From contig JBAZWB010000001.1 of assembly GCA_041660605.1 (NCBI GenBank), positions 686,503 through 750,502 of the forward strand: a stretch of 64,000 bases of DNA. The letters are read 5' to 3'. The notes beneath the pieces were generated by a model. The model did no database searches, was not told where the DNA came from, and worked only from the letters and a program-made list of their open reading frames with translations. The position numbers were made by a program, and so were the translations under genes. Position 1 is the stretch's first letter. Every line of letters begins with the position of its first letter. Source of the DNA: Patescibacteria group bacterium (GTDB lineage: Bacteria; Patescibacteriota; Patescibacteriia; UBA10025; JAHIVO01). Below, piece after piece: positions 40,812 through 50,105 of the stretch.

Positions 40812-42140
40812 CTATCTCCCCATCCCCAGGTACTTAAAGCCCAGCTTCTTTATCTGCTCCGGCTCGTAAATATTCCTGCCGTCAACAAAAACATGCTTCT
40901 TCATTAATTTTTTCGCCTTGTTAAAATCCAGCTTCTTATATTGATCCCATTCCGTGACCAAAACAACTGCGTCAGCCCCTTTCAGCGCCTGGTAAACTTC
41001 AAAACAATATTCAATCTTATTATGGAAAATGGTTTTAATGTTATGGAGGCTCATGGGATCGCAAACCCGGATTTTTGCTCCAAGCCGCAGTAATTTTTCA
41101 ATAATGGTAATTGAAGGGGCATCACGGATATCATCAGTATCTGGTTTAAACGAAGCACCTAAAATTACAATCGTATTGCCTTTTATTTTACCTAATAAAA
41201 TATGCAGCTTTTTAATAATTTCTTTACGCTGACCCATGTTAACTTTTTCCACCATTTTCAAAAAAGTCGGATCATACCCGTTGCGCTCATATATTCTGAT
41301 AAAACCTTTCATGTCTTTGGGAAAGCATAATCCCCCGTAACCAGCGCCGGCATTAAGGAAAGCCTTCTGCCCGATGCGATGATCGGCCTTCATTATCTCA
41401 GAAATCACCTTAACGTCCGCGCCAATTGCGTCGCATAGATTGGCGATATTGTTTATAAAAGATATTTCCGTGGCTAAAAAGACATTGGCAGCATATTTAG
41501 ACAGCTCGGCCGTACGGTTATTTGTTTCAAAAATTGGCGCTTTAATGGGCTTATAAACCGCTCGCATTATCTTTTTTATTACCGGACGGCAGTCATCCGC
41601 GTAGCCAAGCACTACCCGATGCGCCTTTAAAAATGAATCAATCGCCCGGCCTTCCTGCAGGAATTCCGGATTTGATACAATCTCAATTTTGCCTTTGTAA
41701 AATCTTTTAATGATTTTTTTCACCACTTCCGCCGTGCCTGCCGGGACTGTACTTTTTACTACGAAAATTTTATTGGTTTTTACCAAACGCGCGACGTCTT
41801 CAATGGCCTTCTGCAGATATCGCAAATCAACGCTGCCTGTTTTTCTGGATGGCGTACCAACGCAGAAAAAAACCAAATCGCTGTTATCCACCACATGCTG
41901 TAAATTCAGATAAAATCCCAGCCGTTTGGCTTTTAAATTTTTATTTACCAACTCATTCATATTCGGCTCATAAAACGGCATCATACCGCCATGCTGGAGA
42001 TTATTAATTCTTTCCGTATCAATGTCATAACACCTGACTTTATTCCCTATCTCCGCGAAACTGGCTGCTGTAACCAGTCCGACATAGCCGACACCAATAA
42101 TACCGATATTAAATTTTTTCTTTTTTAACAAATCGTTCAT
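40812..42140 (-). CDS. ugd: UDP-glucose 6-dehydrogenase (nucleotide-sugar dehydrogenase)
   Basis: 442 aa. IGIIGVGYVGLVTAASFAEIGNKV (NAD Rossmann) and the catalytic-Cys region GGLCFPKD. Confidence 0.85.
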   Translation of the reverse strand: MNDLLKKKKFNIGIIGVGYVGLVTAASFAEIGNKVRCYDIDTERINNLQHGGMMPFYEPNMNELVNKNLKAKRLGFYLNLQHVVDNSDLVFFCVGTPSRKTGSVDLRYLQKAIEDVARLVKTNKIFVVKSTVPAGTAEVVKKIIKRFYKGKIEIVSNPEFLQEGRAIDSFLKAHRVVLGYADDCRPVIKKIMRAVYKPIKAPIFETNNRTAELSKYAANVFLATEISFINNIANLCDAIGADVKVISEIMKADHRIGQKAFLNAGAGYGGLCFPKDMKGFIRIYERNGYDPTFLKMVEKVNMGQRKEIIKKLHILLGKIKGNTIVILGASFKPDTDDIRDAPSITIIEKLLRLGAKIRVCDPMSLHNIKTIFHNKIEYCFEVYQALKGADAVVLVTEWDQYKKLDFNKAKKLMKKHVFVDGRNIYEPEQIKKLGFKYLGMGR

Positions 42141-43477
42141 CTGCCTATTCCTTTATAAATTATTTTATTTTTAATTACTTCTTCTTTTGACAGGCAATTC
42201 TTGCCGTCAACTACGACTTTAATGCCGTTTCTTTTCAGTTGATTAACCGGAATTTTTTTAAAGTCTTCATGATCGGTAGCAATTATGATGGCCTCAGATT
42301 TTTTTAATAACTCATCAAGGCTTTTCACGGTTGACTCTTTATTAAAAAACGGATCAAAAATATTCAATTCTGCCCCTTCTTCCCGTAAAATTTCGATAAT
42401 TTTTAACGCCGGACTTTCTCTTTTATCGCCGACATTGGCTTTGTAAGATATCCCCAATATTCCTACCTTCGTGCCTTTTAACGACTTTTTTATCTGGTTT
42501 AAGCCTTTATTCAGTAAATCCACGGTGTATTTAGGCATGCTGTTGTTAATCTGCCTGGCAAGTTTTAAAAATCGATGATCAAAACCTGCCAATCGCGCCC
42601 GTTCTATCAGATAGTATGGATCCACAGGTATGCAATGTCCGCCCACACCGCAAGAAGGATAATGCGCCATAAAGGCAAACGGCTTAGTTTTGGCACCCTC
42701 TATAACATCGACTAGATCAATGCCCAAAGCCTCAAATGATCTGGCTAATTCATTTACAAAGGCGATGTTAATATCACGGAATGAATTCTCAATTATTTTC
42801 GTTGCTTCAGCCTCCTTGATTGACTTCATCGGGCGAATGGGTGCGGATAAAATTTTTCTGTAAAAATTTACTGCCAGGCTGAGCCCTTTTTTGTTGGTGG
42901 CACCCACGCAGCGGGGTATGTTTGTGACATTCCACTTAGGATCGCCGGGATTGATCCTTTCAGGACTATGCGCCAGATAAAAATCTTTTCCGGCTATCAA
43001 CTTTGATCCTTTCTCTAAAATCGGCTTGATGACTTCCTCGCAGACTCCCGGATTAACCGTTGACTCCATGACTACCAGCTGTCCGTGATGCAGTAGCGGC
43101 GCTATTTTATTGCAGGCCGAGCGCACTGGAGTCAGATCAGGGTTATACATTTTATCGACCGGCGTTGGCACGCAGATGACGATAATATCAGATTTTTTTA
43201 CTGAATCAAACTTAGTAGTAGCTACAAAATTCTTTTTAGCCACCCAGGCTGCTAATTCCGGATCTCCTTTAATCGGAGAAGTGCCTTTGTTAATCATTTT
43301 AACATTGGCTGAATCCCTGGAAATTCCAAAAGTCGTAAAACCTTTGTCACCGCACAGGCAAGCTAAAGGCAGGCCGACATATCCGACGCCAACAATAGTG
43401 ACAACCCGTTTTTTTTGCTTTTTCCCCTGGCTTTTTAATTTTTCAGCTTTTTTAATCTTTTTTACCATACTCTTCAT
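42137..43477 (-). CDS. nucleotide-sugar dehydrogenase, UDP-N-acetyl-D-mannosamine/UDP-GlcNAc 6-dehydrogenase-like (WecC/Cap5O family)
   Basis: 446 aa. VVTIVGVGYVGLPLACLCGDKGF and GGHCIPVDPYYL (the catalytic Cys of the UDPG/GDP-Man DH family). Confidence 0.8.
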   Translation of the reverse strand: MKSMVKKIKKAEKLKSQGKKQKKRVVTIVGVGYVGLPLACLCGDKGFTTFGISRDSANVKMINKGTSPIKGDPELAAWVAKKNFVATTKFDSVKKSDIIVICVPTPVDKMYNPDLTPVRSACNKIAPLLHHGQLVVMESTVNPGVCEEVIKPILEKGSKLIAGKDFYLAHSPERINPGDPKWNVTNIPRCVGATNKKGLSLAVNFYRKILSAPIRPMKSIKEAEATKIIENSFRDINIAFVNELARSFEALGIDLVDVIEGAKTKPFAFMAHYPSCGVGGHCIPVDPYYLIERARLAGFDHRFLKLARQINNSMPKYTVDLLNKGLNQIKKSLKGTKVGILGISYKANVGDKRESPALKIIEILREEGAELNIFDPFFNKESTVKSLDELLKKSEAIIIATDHEDFKKIPVNQLKRNGIKVVVDGKNCLSKEEVIKNKIIYKGIGR

Positions 43478-44369
43478 TGAACCAATTAAATGTCTTAATT
43501 AAACCACCGGATAAATTTTCTTTTGGCCGCCAGTGCAATACCGACATTGCCTGATTATTGGCCAAACGACTGTGCTCTTGCTCGTTAAGGCTATAACCCC
43601 GTTTAGGTTTAATCTTCATTTTAGCCAAAGAATAAATACTATTATACAACTCGTTTACTGTCGTTTCTTTATTGGTGCTGACATTAATTATTTTTTTATT
43701 TCCATAAATCAGGCTTTTTTGTACAGCTTTGACGACATCTGCAACATAAGTGAAATCTCTTGTTTGTCGGCCGGTATTGTTTATTTTTGACTGCTGGCCG
43801 CGGGCGCTGTTCTGGCAAAATACTGCCACCACACCGCCCTCCCCTTCAGCCCGTTGGCGCGGACCATAAACATTAGCCGGTCTGATGATCGTATAATTTA
43901 ATGCCGATTGCAGAAGATAAAGTTCGACAGTCCTTTTCGCAATGCCATACGGCGTGGCTGGTAAAGGGCAATCTTTTTCATTATTTGGCGCTTTATCAAA
44001 AATATTATAAACCGCTGCGCTGGAAAAAAAGATAAGTTTCTTGACTTTAAACTCAGAAGCAAGCCTGATGACATTCAAACTTCCCAAAATATTCGTTTCT
44101 GCGTCTTCAATCGGATGATTTTTTGAATATTGAAGGTTTATCTGCGCTGCTAAATGAAAGACAAAATCAAATTTATATGCTTTAAAACACCGACGAAGGC
44201 TAGGACTCTGTATTTGCTGATGAATGAAGCGCGCCTGTTTATTAATATTTTGGCGAAGACCACGACTTAAATCATCAACCACAGTAACCTGAAAGCCATC
44301 AGCCAGCAGACCATCAACCAGATGGCTGCCAATGAACCCAGCGCCTCCCGTAACTAAAACTCTAGCCAT
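43452..44369 (-). CDS. NAD-dependent epimerase/dehydratase (GalE-like SDR)
   Basis: 305 aa. MARVLVTGGAGFIGSHLVDGLLADGFQVTVVDDLS and YGIAKRTVELY (YxxxK). Confidence 0.8.
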   Translation of the reverse strand: MARVLVTGGAGFIGSHLVDGLLADGFQVTVVDDLSRGLRQNINKQARFIHQQIQSPSLRRCFKAYKFDFVFHLAAQINLQYSKNHPIEDAETNILGSLNVIRLASEFKVKKLIFFSSAAVYNIFDKAPNNEKDCPLPATPYGIAKRTVELYLLQSALNYTIIRPANVYGPRQRAEGEGGVVAVFCQNSARGQQSKINNTGRQTRDFTYVADVVKAVQKSLIYGNKKIINVSTNKETTVNELYNSIYSLAKMKIKPKRGYSLNEQEHSRLANNQAMSVLHWRPKENLSGGLIKTFNWFNEEYGKKD

Positions 44370-44372
44370 AGA

Positions 44373-45416
44373 CTATTCGTCCTCCTCTTTATCGTATTTC
44401 CAAAGCATTGGCTGCAGGATATTCTGGTGAGCCCTGACGTACTCAATCGTTTTCTCCAGACCCGCTTTCAGCGAGACTAAAGGATACCACCCGATTTTTT
44501 CCTTGACCGAAGAAATATCCGGCAAGGGCAGCGGGGTCATAAAAATCAATGACCGTTTGAATTTTATTGCTGATTTTGAATTGGTCATTTCTTTTATCTT
44601 CCTGGCGATATCGACCATGTTAAGCTCTTCGTAATGTCCGAAATTATAGATACCATTTTCATTTGATTTCATAAATTTCATCAAGCCTTCCACAATATCA
44701 GAAACATAGCAAAGCGAGGTAGTGAAATTCTCATCTCCGTAAATTACCAGCGGTTTATTGTTTAATGCCTGCAGTACAAAATCTGGTACCATATGGCCTT
44801 CAAAAAGAGGCAAACGCGGACCGTAAGTCCTGAAAATGCGGGCAATCTTTGTCTGAATATTAAACATATCCCTGTAAGTGATGGCCGCCGTTTCGGCAAA
44901 TCTTTTACCTTCATCATAACAGCTCCTGGGGCCGGTGAAATTAACATAGCCCTGGTAGCCTTCAGCATAAGGCGGTGCATCTACAAATCTCGGCCCATAC
45001 ACGACTACGGATGAAGTCAGTAAAAATTTTGCCTCATACTTTTTCGCTAATTCTAAAGCATTGGTAACTCCCAGGCTATTTGTATGCAGCGTCTTGATTC
45101 TCAGCGCATTGAAATTCTTCGGCGAAGTTGGGCAGGCCAAATGGTAAATTTCCTGGATTCCCTGAAAACGAACTTTGAATTTTTCCAATTCATGCATTGA
45201 TTCCAGATTTATTTCTTTGCAGATATCGTGTTTGATAAATTCAAAATTTGGGTTTTGCAGAAGATTACTGATATTTTCCACATTTCCGGAAGCAAAATTG
45301 TCCAAACAAATGACATTACTGTCCTTAACCAGGGCTTCGCAAAGATGCGAACCTATAAATCCTGCTCCTCCTGTGACTAAGACGTTTTTTCGCGGAAAAA
45401 TTTTTTCGTTTCTCAT
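44373..45416 (-). CDS. UDP-glucuronate decarboxylase (UDP-xylose synthase-like)
   Basis: 347 aa. VLVTGGAGFIGSHLCEALVKDSNVICLDNFASG, YDEGKRFAE (YxxxK) and overall UXS/ArnA-decarboxylase-like pattern. Lies next to UDP-glucose dehydrogenase. Confidence 0.75.
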   Translation of the reverse strand: MRNEKIFPRKNVLVTGGAGFIGSHLCEALVKDSNVICLDNFASGNVENISNLLQNPNFEFIKHDICKEINLESMHELEKFKVRFQGIQEIYHLACPTSPKNFNALRIKTLHTNSLGVTNALELAKKYEAKFLLTSSVVVYGPRFVDAPPYAEGYQGYVNFTGPRSCYDEGKRFAETAAITYRDMFNIQTKIARIFRTYGPRLPLFEGHMVPDFVLQALNNKPLVIYGDENFTTSLCYVSDIVEGLMKFMKSNENGIYNFGHYEELNMVDIARKIKEMTNSKSAIKFKRSLIFMTPLPLPDISSVKEKIGWYPLVSLKAGLEKTIEYVRAHQNILQPMLWKYDKEEDE

Positions 45417-45420
45417 AAAT

Positions 45421-46128
45421 TTATTTTTTTAACCTGATGCTCATTAATGAAAAAAACATTTTAAAAGCCATCTGGATCACTCTGCCAAACGAGCCTAGCA
45501 TGGCTGAGCTGCTTTTATCAACCCAGCGGGTTGGTACTTCTACTATTTTAAATCCCCGTTTCAAGGATAAATATAGCAGCTCGACATCAAAAGCCATATT
45601 GGTAATCTTCAATGATGGTAAAAGATTTTTTATGGCTTGCTTCTTGAAAATCTTCGCTCCACACTGTGTATCGGTAAAAGGCATCCAGAAAAATACTTTC
45701 ACGAATATTAAAAAACTGAAACTGATTAATTTTCTTGGAAAAGAACGGTTTATGACTTGCGAGCCTTTTTTCCAGCGCGAAGCTATTACTCCGTCTGCTT
45801 CACCGAGCTGATCAACAACTTTCTGGAATTCTGCCGGTTCAGTGGAACCGTCGGCATCAACAAAGCCGATTAGTTCACCTTCTGCCCGCGAAAATCCTAA
45901 ATGCACCGCACCGCCTTTGCCAATAGCTTTTTTTTCCTCAATATATTCAATTAATCCGGGGTATTCTTTTTTAAAATCTGAAACTATGCCGATGGTATTG
46001 TCCCGACAACCATTTAAAACGATGATGATTTCTGTATCTTTTCCGGAAAAATAATTTGTATAATCAGTTAATGTCTTGCTGATTCTCTGCTCTTCATTGA
46101 AGGCGGGAATGATTATTGACAGGTGCAT
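45421..46128 (-). CDS. GT2 glycosyltransferase (dolichyl/undecaprenyl-phosphate beta-glucosyltransferase-like)
   Basis: 235 aa. MHLSIIIPAFNEEQRISKTL and FVDADGSTEP (DxD). Confidence 0.8.
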   Translation of the reverse strand: MHLSIIIPAFNEEQRISKTLTDYTNYFSGKDTEIIIVLNGCRDNTIGIVSDFKKEYPGLIEYIEEKKAIGKGGAVHLGFSRAEGELIGFVDADGSTEPAEFQKVVDQLGEADGVIASRWKKGSQVINRSFPRKLISFSFLIFVKVFFWMPFTDTQCGAKIFKKQAIKNLLPSLKITNMAFDVELLYLSLKRGFKIVEVPTRWVDKSSSAMLGSFGRVIQMAFKMFFSLMSIRLKK

Positions 46129-46186
46129 ATATGTTTAAAATTATACCGAAAAATAAGCTTTTTAGCAACTGATATAAGACGCACGT

Positions 46187-46648
46187 TCAATTACGAAAAG
46201 TCCAATATTTATTGCCAAAATAATTGCTGAAAAGCACAATGCCAATTGCCACGGCTTTGGCAAAAAAATCAACGTTATCGCCGAAATATTTTACTGCACC
46301 ACTGTGTTCAACCACGATATAAACAATGCCTAAATTTAAAAAATAGTTGACCAGACTGACGATAAAAAATTTTACAGATTCGGACTTGGCCTTGCCGCTG
46401 TCACCTTTTTTAAAAGTCCAGAATTTATTCAGAAAAAAATTATTGACAATCGCCAAAAAAACGCTGGTAGCGGTGGCGTAAATATAATATACACCGAAAA
46501 CCCGCGTTAATAGCGCGTAAGAACTGAAATCAACCAAAGTACCGGCCACACCGACTATTCCGAATTTTAAAAATTCAACAACGCTTGGATGTTCTCGTAA
46601 ATAACTTATTTTTTCCAGCCGGTTTTTTAGTGTCATATTGCTGATCAT
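46187..46648 (-). CDS. GtrA-family membrane protein (polyprenyl-phosphate-sugar translocation-associated)
   Basis: 153 aa, 4 TM. FLKFGIVGVAGTLVDFSSYALLTRVFGVYY matches the GtrA N-terminal signature. Its start ATG overlaps the subtilase stop (ATGA). Confidence 0.75.
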   Translation of the reverse strand: MISNMTLKNRLEKISYLREHPSVVEFLKFGIVGVAGTLVDFSSYALLTRVFGVYYIYATATSVFLAIVNNFFLNKFWTFKKGDSGKAKSESVKFFIVSLVNYFLNLGIVYIVVEHSGAVKYFGDNVDFFAKAVAIGIVLFSNYFGNKYWTFRN

Positions 46649-48831
46649 CTGATAGCTGCCACGTTAACGCCTCCGCGGAATGATTCGGCATAGGCGAAGA
46701 ACTGGGAAAGCAAATTGCCGCTTTCACCGAATATTCTGACGTGAGGTCCGCCGGTATAGCCGGCACCGGCGATTATTTCATCAGTGCCGTCTCCGTTGAC
46801 ATCCCCCGCTGCCACGTTAACGCCTCCGCGGAATGATTCGGCATAGGCGAAGAACTGGGAAAGCAAATTGCCGCTGGCTCCGAATATTCTGACGTGAGGT
46901 CCGCCGGTATAGCCGGCACCGGCGATTATTTCATCAGTGCCGTCTCCGTTGACATCCCCCGCTGCCACGTTAACGCCTCCGCGGAATGATTCGGCATAGG
47001 CGAAGAACTGGGATTGACGCACTCCGCTATAATTAAATACCCTGACATGGGGACCACCGGTATTTCCTGCCCCGGTTACAATTTCATCTACTCCATTGTT
47101 ATCAAAATCGCCAACAGCCACGTTAACGCCTCCGCGGAATGATTCGGCATAGGCGAAGAACTGGGAAAGCAAATTGCCATGCTGATCGAATATCCGGACA
47201 TGCGGACCGCCGCCGTTACCAGCACCGGCGATGATTTCATCAGTGCCGTCTCCGTTGACATCTCCTGACGCAACATTAACGCCTCCGCGGAATGATTCGG
47301 CATAGGCGAAGAACTGGGAAAGCAAATTGCCATGCTGGTCGAATATCCGGACATGCGGACCGCCGCCATTGCCGGCACCGGCGATGATTTCATCAGTACC
47401 GTCTCCGTTGACATCCCCCGCTGCCACGTTAACGCCCCCGCGGAATGATTCGGCATAGGCGAAAAATTGTGATTGCACTGATCCTTGCGTATTTATAATC
47501 CGCACATGCGGTCCGCCATTTTGGCCGGCTCCGGTGATTATATTCATGGTATCAGCCAACACCACCGGCTGGGCAAAAACATTTCCAATATTTAAACGAC
47601 CACTGCCTAGTTGGGTGGCTAAAGGTTCGTCAGCACTGAATGGATCGGAATTATGCAATAACAAATTTTTAATTTCAGAAATAGAAAGCGTAGGATTACT
47701 GGCCTTAATAAGCGCCGCCGCACCGGCCACCATTGGAGTGGCCATAGAAGTGCCAGACCAGCCGCTCAAATATGGATTATCAAGTCCGTTTACGGGATCG
47801 TAAAAAGAAGTACTGATAAAATTTTCACCCGGTGCGGAAATATCAATGCAATCCGATCCGTAATTTGAAGCCACACTTATTTGCCCGCCGGATTCAACCA
47901 GTAATCGGGTATCTTCCTGATCGGTGCCACCGACGCCAATAACGTTTTCATCGCAAACTGGATAACGCGGGCTGCTATTGAGATTAATATTATTATTGCC
48001 CGCAGCGGCAAAAACCAAAATTCCAGCCTGTGTGGCCTCATTAATAGCGTTACTTAACAAAACATCCTGATTATTCCCAACAAAGCTTAAATTAATAAAA
48101 TCAGCGCCATTGGCGATGGCATAATCAATACCCTGATAAATATCCCCGGTATCTCCCACGCCGGCGCCGTCCAGAACCCTGATTGGCATAAGTTTAACCG
48201 ACCAATTCATGCCGGCTATCCCGGCGTTATTATTTCCAACAGCGCCAATCACGCCGGCTATCGCCGTGCCGTGATTAATGCCAGAGGTATTCCACCCTGT
48301 ATCGTATTTCGGAAGCGGATCCGGCACTGAACCGATAAAATCCCAGCCATGATAATCATCAATAAAACCATTGTTATCGTCATCAATATTATTATCAGGT
48401 AGCTCTCCGGCGTTAGTCCAAATATTAGCGCTCAAATCCGGATGGTTAATATCAATTCCGGTATCTAAAACCGCCACCACTACTTCATTGCTTCCGGTTG
48501 TTGTATCCCAGGCACCTGGGGCATTCACTTTGCTCAAATACCATTGGGAACCAAACAATGGGTCATTTGGCTCAGCCGCTGCTTGATAGTCATAATTCGG
48601 CTCAACAAAATCAACATTCGGCTGGTTTTTCCAGTCTTTAATTACTTGGGCAACATTTTCACCTGGCAATAAATTGATCTGATGAATTTTATCGTCTTTT
48701 TTTAATTTAATAATTACACTATGGGCATGGCTGGCATTCTCCCCAACGGCTGACGCCGAAAAAGGTGCCGTCAACCACAGACAAAAAAACACCATCGCCA
48801 GATACTTAATATATTTAGTAATCTTATTCAT
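46645..48831 (-). CDS. secreted subtilisin-like serine protease (S8) fused to a C-terminal 7-blade FG-GAP repeat beta-propeller
   Basis: 728 aa. Signal peptide. Catalytic triad motifs VAVLDTGID (Asp), HGTAIAGVIG (His) and GTSMATPMVAGAAALI (Ser). The C-terminal ~330 aa are 6.5 copies of a 51-aa unit FFAYAESFRGGVNVAAGDVNGDGTDEIIAGAGNGGGPHVRIFDQHGNLLSQ (FG-x-GDxNGDGxxD = FG-GAP). Confidence 0.85.
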   Translation of the reverse strand: MNKITKYIKYLAMVFFCLWLTAPFSASAVGENASHAHSVIIKLKKDDKIHQINLLPGENVAQVIKDWKNQPNVDFVEPNYDYQAAAEPNDPLFGSQWYLSKVNAPGAWDTTTGSNEVVVAVLDTGIDINHPDLSANIWTNAGELPDNNIDDDNNGFIDDYHGWDFIGSVPDPLPKYDTGWNTSGINHGTAIAGVIGAVGNNNAGIAGMNWSVKLMPIRVLDGAGVGDTGDIYQGIDYAIANGADFINLSFVGNNQDVLLSNAINEATQAGILVFAAAGNNNINLNSSPRYPVCDENVIGVGGTDQEDTRLLVESGGQISVASNYGSDCIDISAPGENFISTSFYDPVNGLDNPYLSGWSGTSMATPMVAGAAALIKASNPTLSISEIKNLLLHNSDPFSADEPLATQLGSGRLNIGNVFAQPVVLADTMNIITGAGQNGGPHVRIINTQGSVQSQFFAYAESFRGGVNVAAGDVNGDGTDEIIAGAGNGGGPHVRIFDQHGNLLSQFFAYAESFRGGVNVASGDVNGDGTDEIIAGAGNGGGPHVRIFDQHGNLLSQFFAYAESFRGGVNVAVGDFDNNGVDEIVTGAGNTGGPHVRVFNYSGVRQSQFFAYAESFRGGVNVAAGDVNGDGTDEIIAGAGYTGGPHVRIFGASGNLLSQFFAYAESFRGGVNVAAGDVNGDGTDEIIAGAGYTGGPHVRIFGESGNLLSQFFAYAESFRGGVNVAAIR
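46650..47530. repeat. tandem array of ~6 near-identical 153-bp repeats encoding the FG-GAP blades
   Basis: The strings gctgccacgttaacgcctccgcggaatgattcggcataggcgaagaactgggaaagcaaattgcc and ccggtatagccggcaccggcgat...tcatcagtgccgtctccgttgacatc recur with ~153-bp period. Confidence 0.8.
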
Positions 48832-50089
48832 TGTTTAATTTTTCAAGTGTAATTTTAATTTCCTCGCTTTTACCTCCACGCATAATCCGCATTGTCAGCA
48901 GATCCCCCGGGCTTTGCCGGCTGATAAAGTCATTTAAACTCATGTTCTGAGACAGCTCAGTGTTGTTAATCATTTGAATAATATCTCCGGTCTGCAAGCC
49001 GCCTTTTTGAGCCGGACTGTTTTTCTCCACACTGGGCCTGGCTTCTTCATCATCGCTGTAAATCACGGCGCCTTTGCTCAGATTGCTGCTTATTTCCACC
49101 GGTAAATTTACCACCTCAGCCAAATCAACATAATGTACACCCAGGTATGCTTGATTTATTTTTCCTTGAGCTAAAATTGATTCTATCTCTCCGGTAATCT
49201 GGCTGAAGGGAATGATATAATTTTGACTGCCGCCCGTCTGCACGATGCCTACCGCTTTGCTGTCGCCGGTAAAAGCCAGGGCATAATTAAAACTTGCCGG
49301 GATTTCATTCCCGATCAATATTTTTCTGTCCATTAATTCAGAAGATTTCACGATGTCCTCAATTTTATCCTGCGCATAGTAAATCGGTGCGACTATTTGT
49401 GCATTAAGAATTGAAGGGGTTTGGCTGAAAAAATGCGGCTGAAACAAAAACAAATCAGTCAAGCTCAGCAATTCGTCATTTTTTGAAAAAGCCACAGTAT
49501 CCAGCCCCTTAGCGTCAATTTTGATAAAAACAAAATTTGTCGCCGGGTCGGGAATAATTTCCTTAACCTCATATTTTACATTGCCCTGGACAAAAACTAC
49601 GTAATTTTCCGCCTGCGAATCACCAACAACCTGTTTGGTCGTTACCAAATATCCGTCGTTGGTTATAATAAAACCGTCACCCAGGCTGGCTGAATCAAGA
49701 TAAGCGCTTTGCAGTCCTTCTTCCTCACTTTTTATTTTAAATATCCTGGCGATAGTGGCGGAAATCTTCTGAGATTGCTGATTTACCTGAGCCACGTTAG
49801 CAGACTGGTTCTTACCGCTCCCGACAATAATAGAAGTTTGCGTTGTATTATTGAATATATTTAATTTATCAATTATTGGTATTGAAGAGCCGTAAGTAAA
49901 CAAAATAATTTGACTCAGGACACCCGCTAATAACCCGAAAAATATGGCCAGCAAGATGATGGCAATGGTACTGGTACGTTTTTTTTGGGGTTTTTCAATT
50001 TTATTTAACTCATCGGAGTATAAATTTTTCAGACTGTCCTCTTTTTTTATGCTGGATTTCGGGGAAGTTGGACTGATTTTTGATTTCAT
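48824..50089 (-). CDS. membrane-anchored trypsin-fold (HtrA-like) protein with a C-terminal PDZ domain; the catalytic triad is not clearly conserved
   Basis: 421 aa. N-terminal TM. C-terminal PDZ-like GAVIYSDDEEARPSVEKNSPAQKGGLQTGDIIQMINNTEL. GDS-containing segments (FTGDSKAVGIV) sit where HtrA has GNSGGPL, but no clear TNxHV His motif. Confidence 0.5.
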   Translation of the reverse strand: MKSKISPTSPKSSIKKEDSLKNLYSDELNKIEKPQKKRTSTIAIILLAIFFGLLAGVLSQIILFTYGSSIPIIDKLNIFNNTTQTSIIVGSGKNQSANVAQVNQQSQKISATIARIFKIKSEEEGLQSAYLDSASLGDGFIITNDGYLVTTKQVVGDSQAENYVVFVQGNVKYEVKEIIPDPATNFVFIKIDAKGLDTVAFSKNDELLSLTDLFLFQPHFFSQTPSILNAQIVAPIYYAQDKIEDIVKSSELMDRKILIGNEIPASFNYALAFTGDSKAVGIVQTGGSQNYIIPFSQITGEIESILAQGKINQAYLGVHYVDLAEVVNLPVEISSNLSKGAVIYSDDEEARPSVEKNSPAQKGGLQTGDIIQMINNTELSQNMSLNDFISRQSPGDLLTMRIMRGGKSEEIKITLEKLNNE

Positions 50090-50105
50090 ATTTATTTATT
50101 ATTTA

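Noticed and set aside
47088-47456. 122-aa ORF (and 46575..46766) inside the subtilase gene on the same strand but another frame
   Set aside because: It lies entirely within the 153-bp tandem repeats, so its length is a by-product of the repeat periodicity. The FG-GAP frame has clear protein-family signatures and this one does not.
48824-50089. Calling the PDZ protein an active HtrA/DegP protease
   Set aside because: The canonical TNxHV and GNSGGP motifs are not clearly present; only GDS-containing segments are. It is reported as trypsin-fold/PDZ with uncertain catalytic status.
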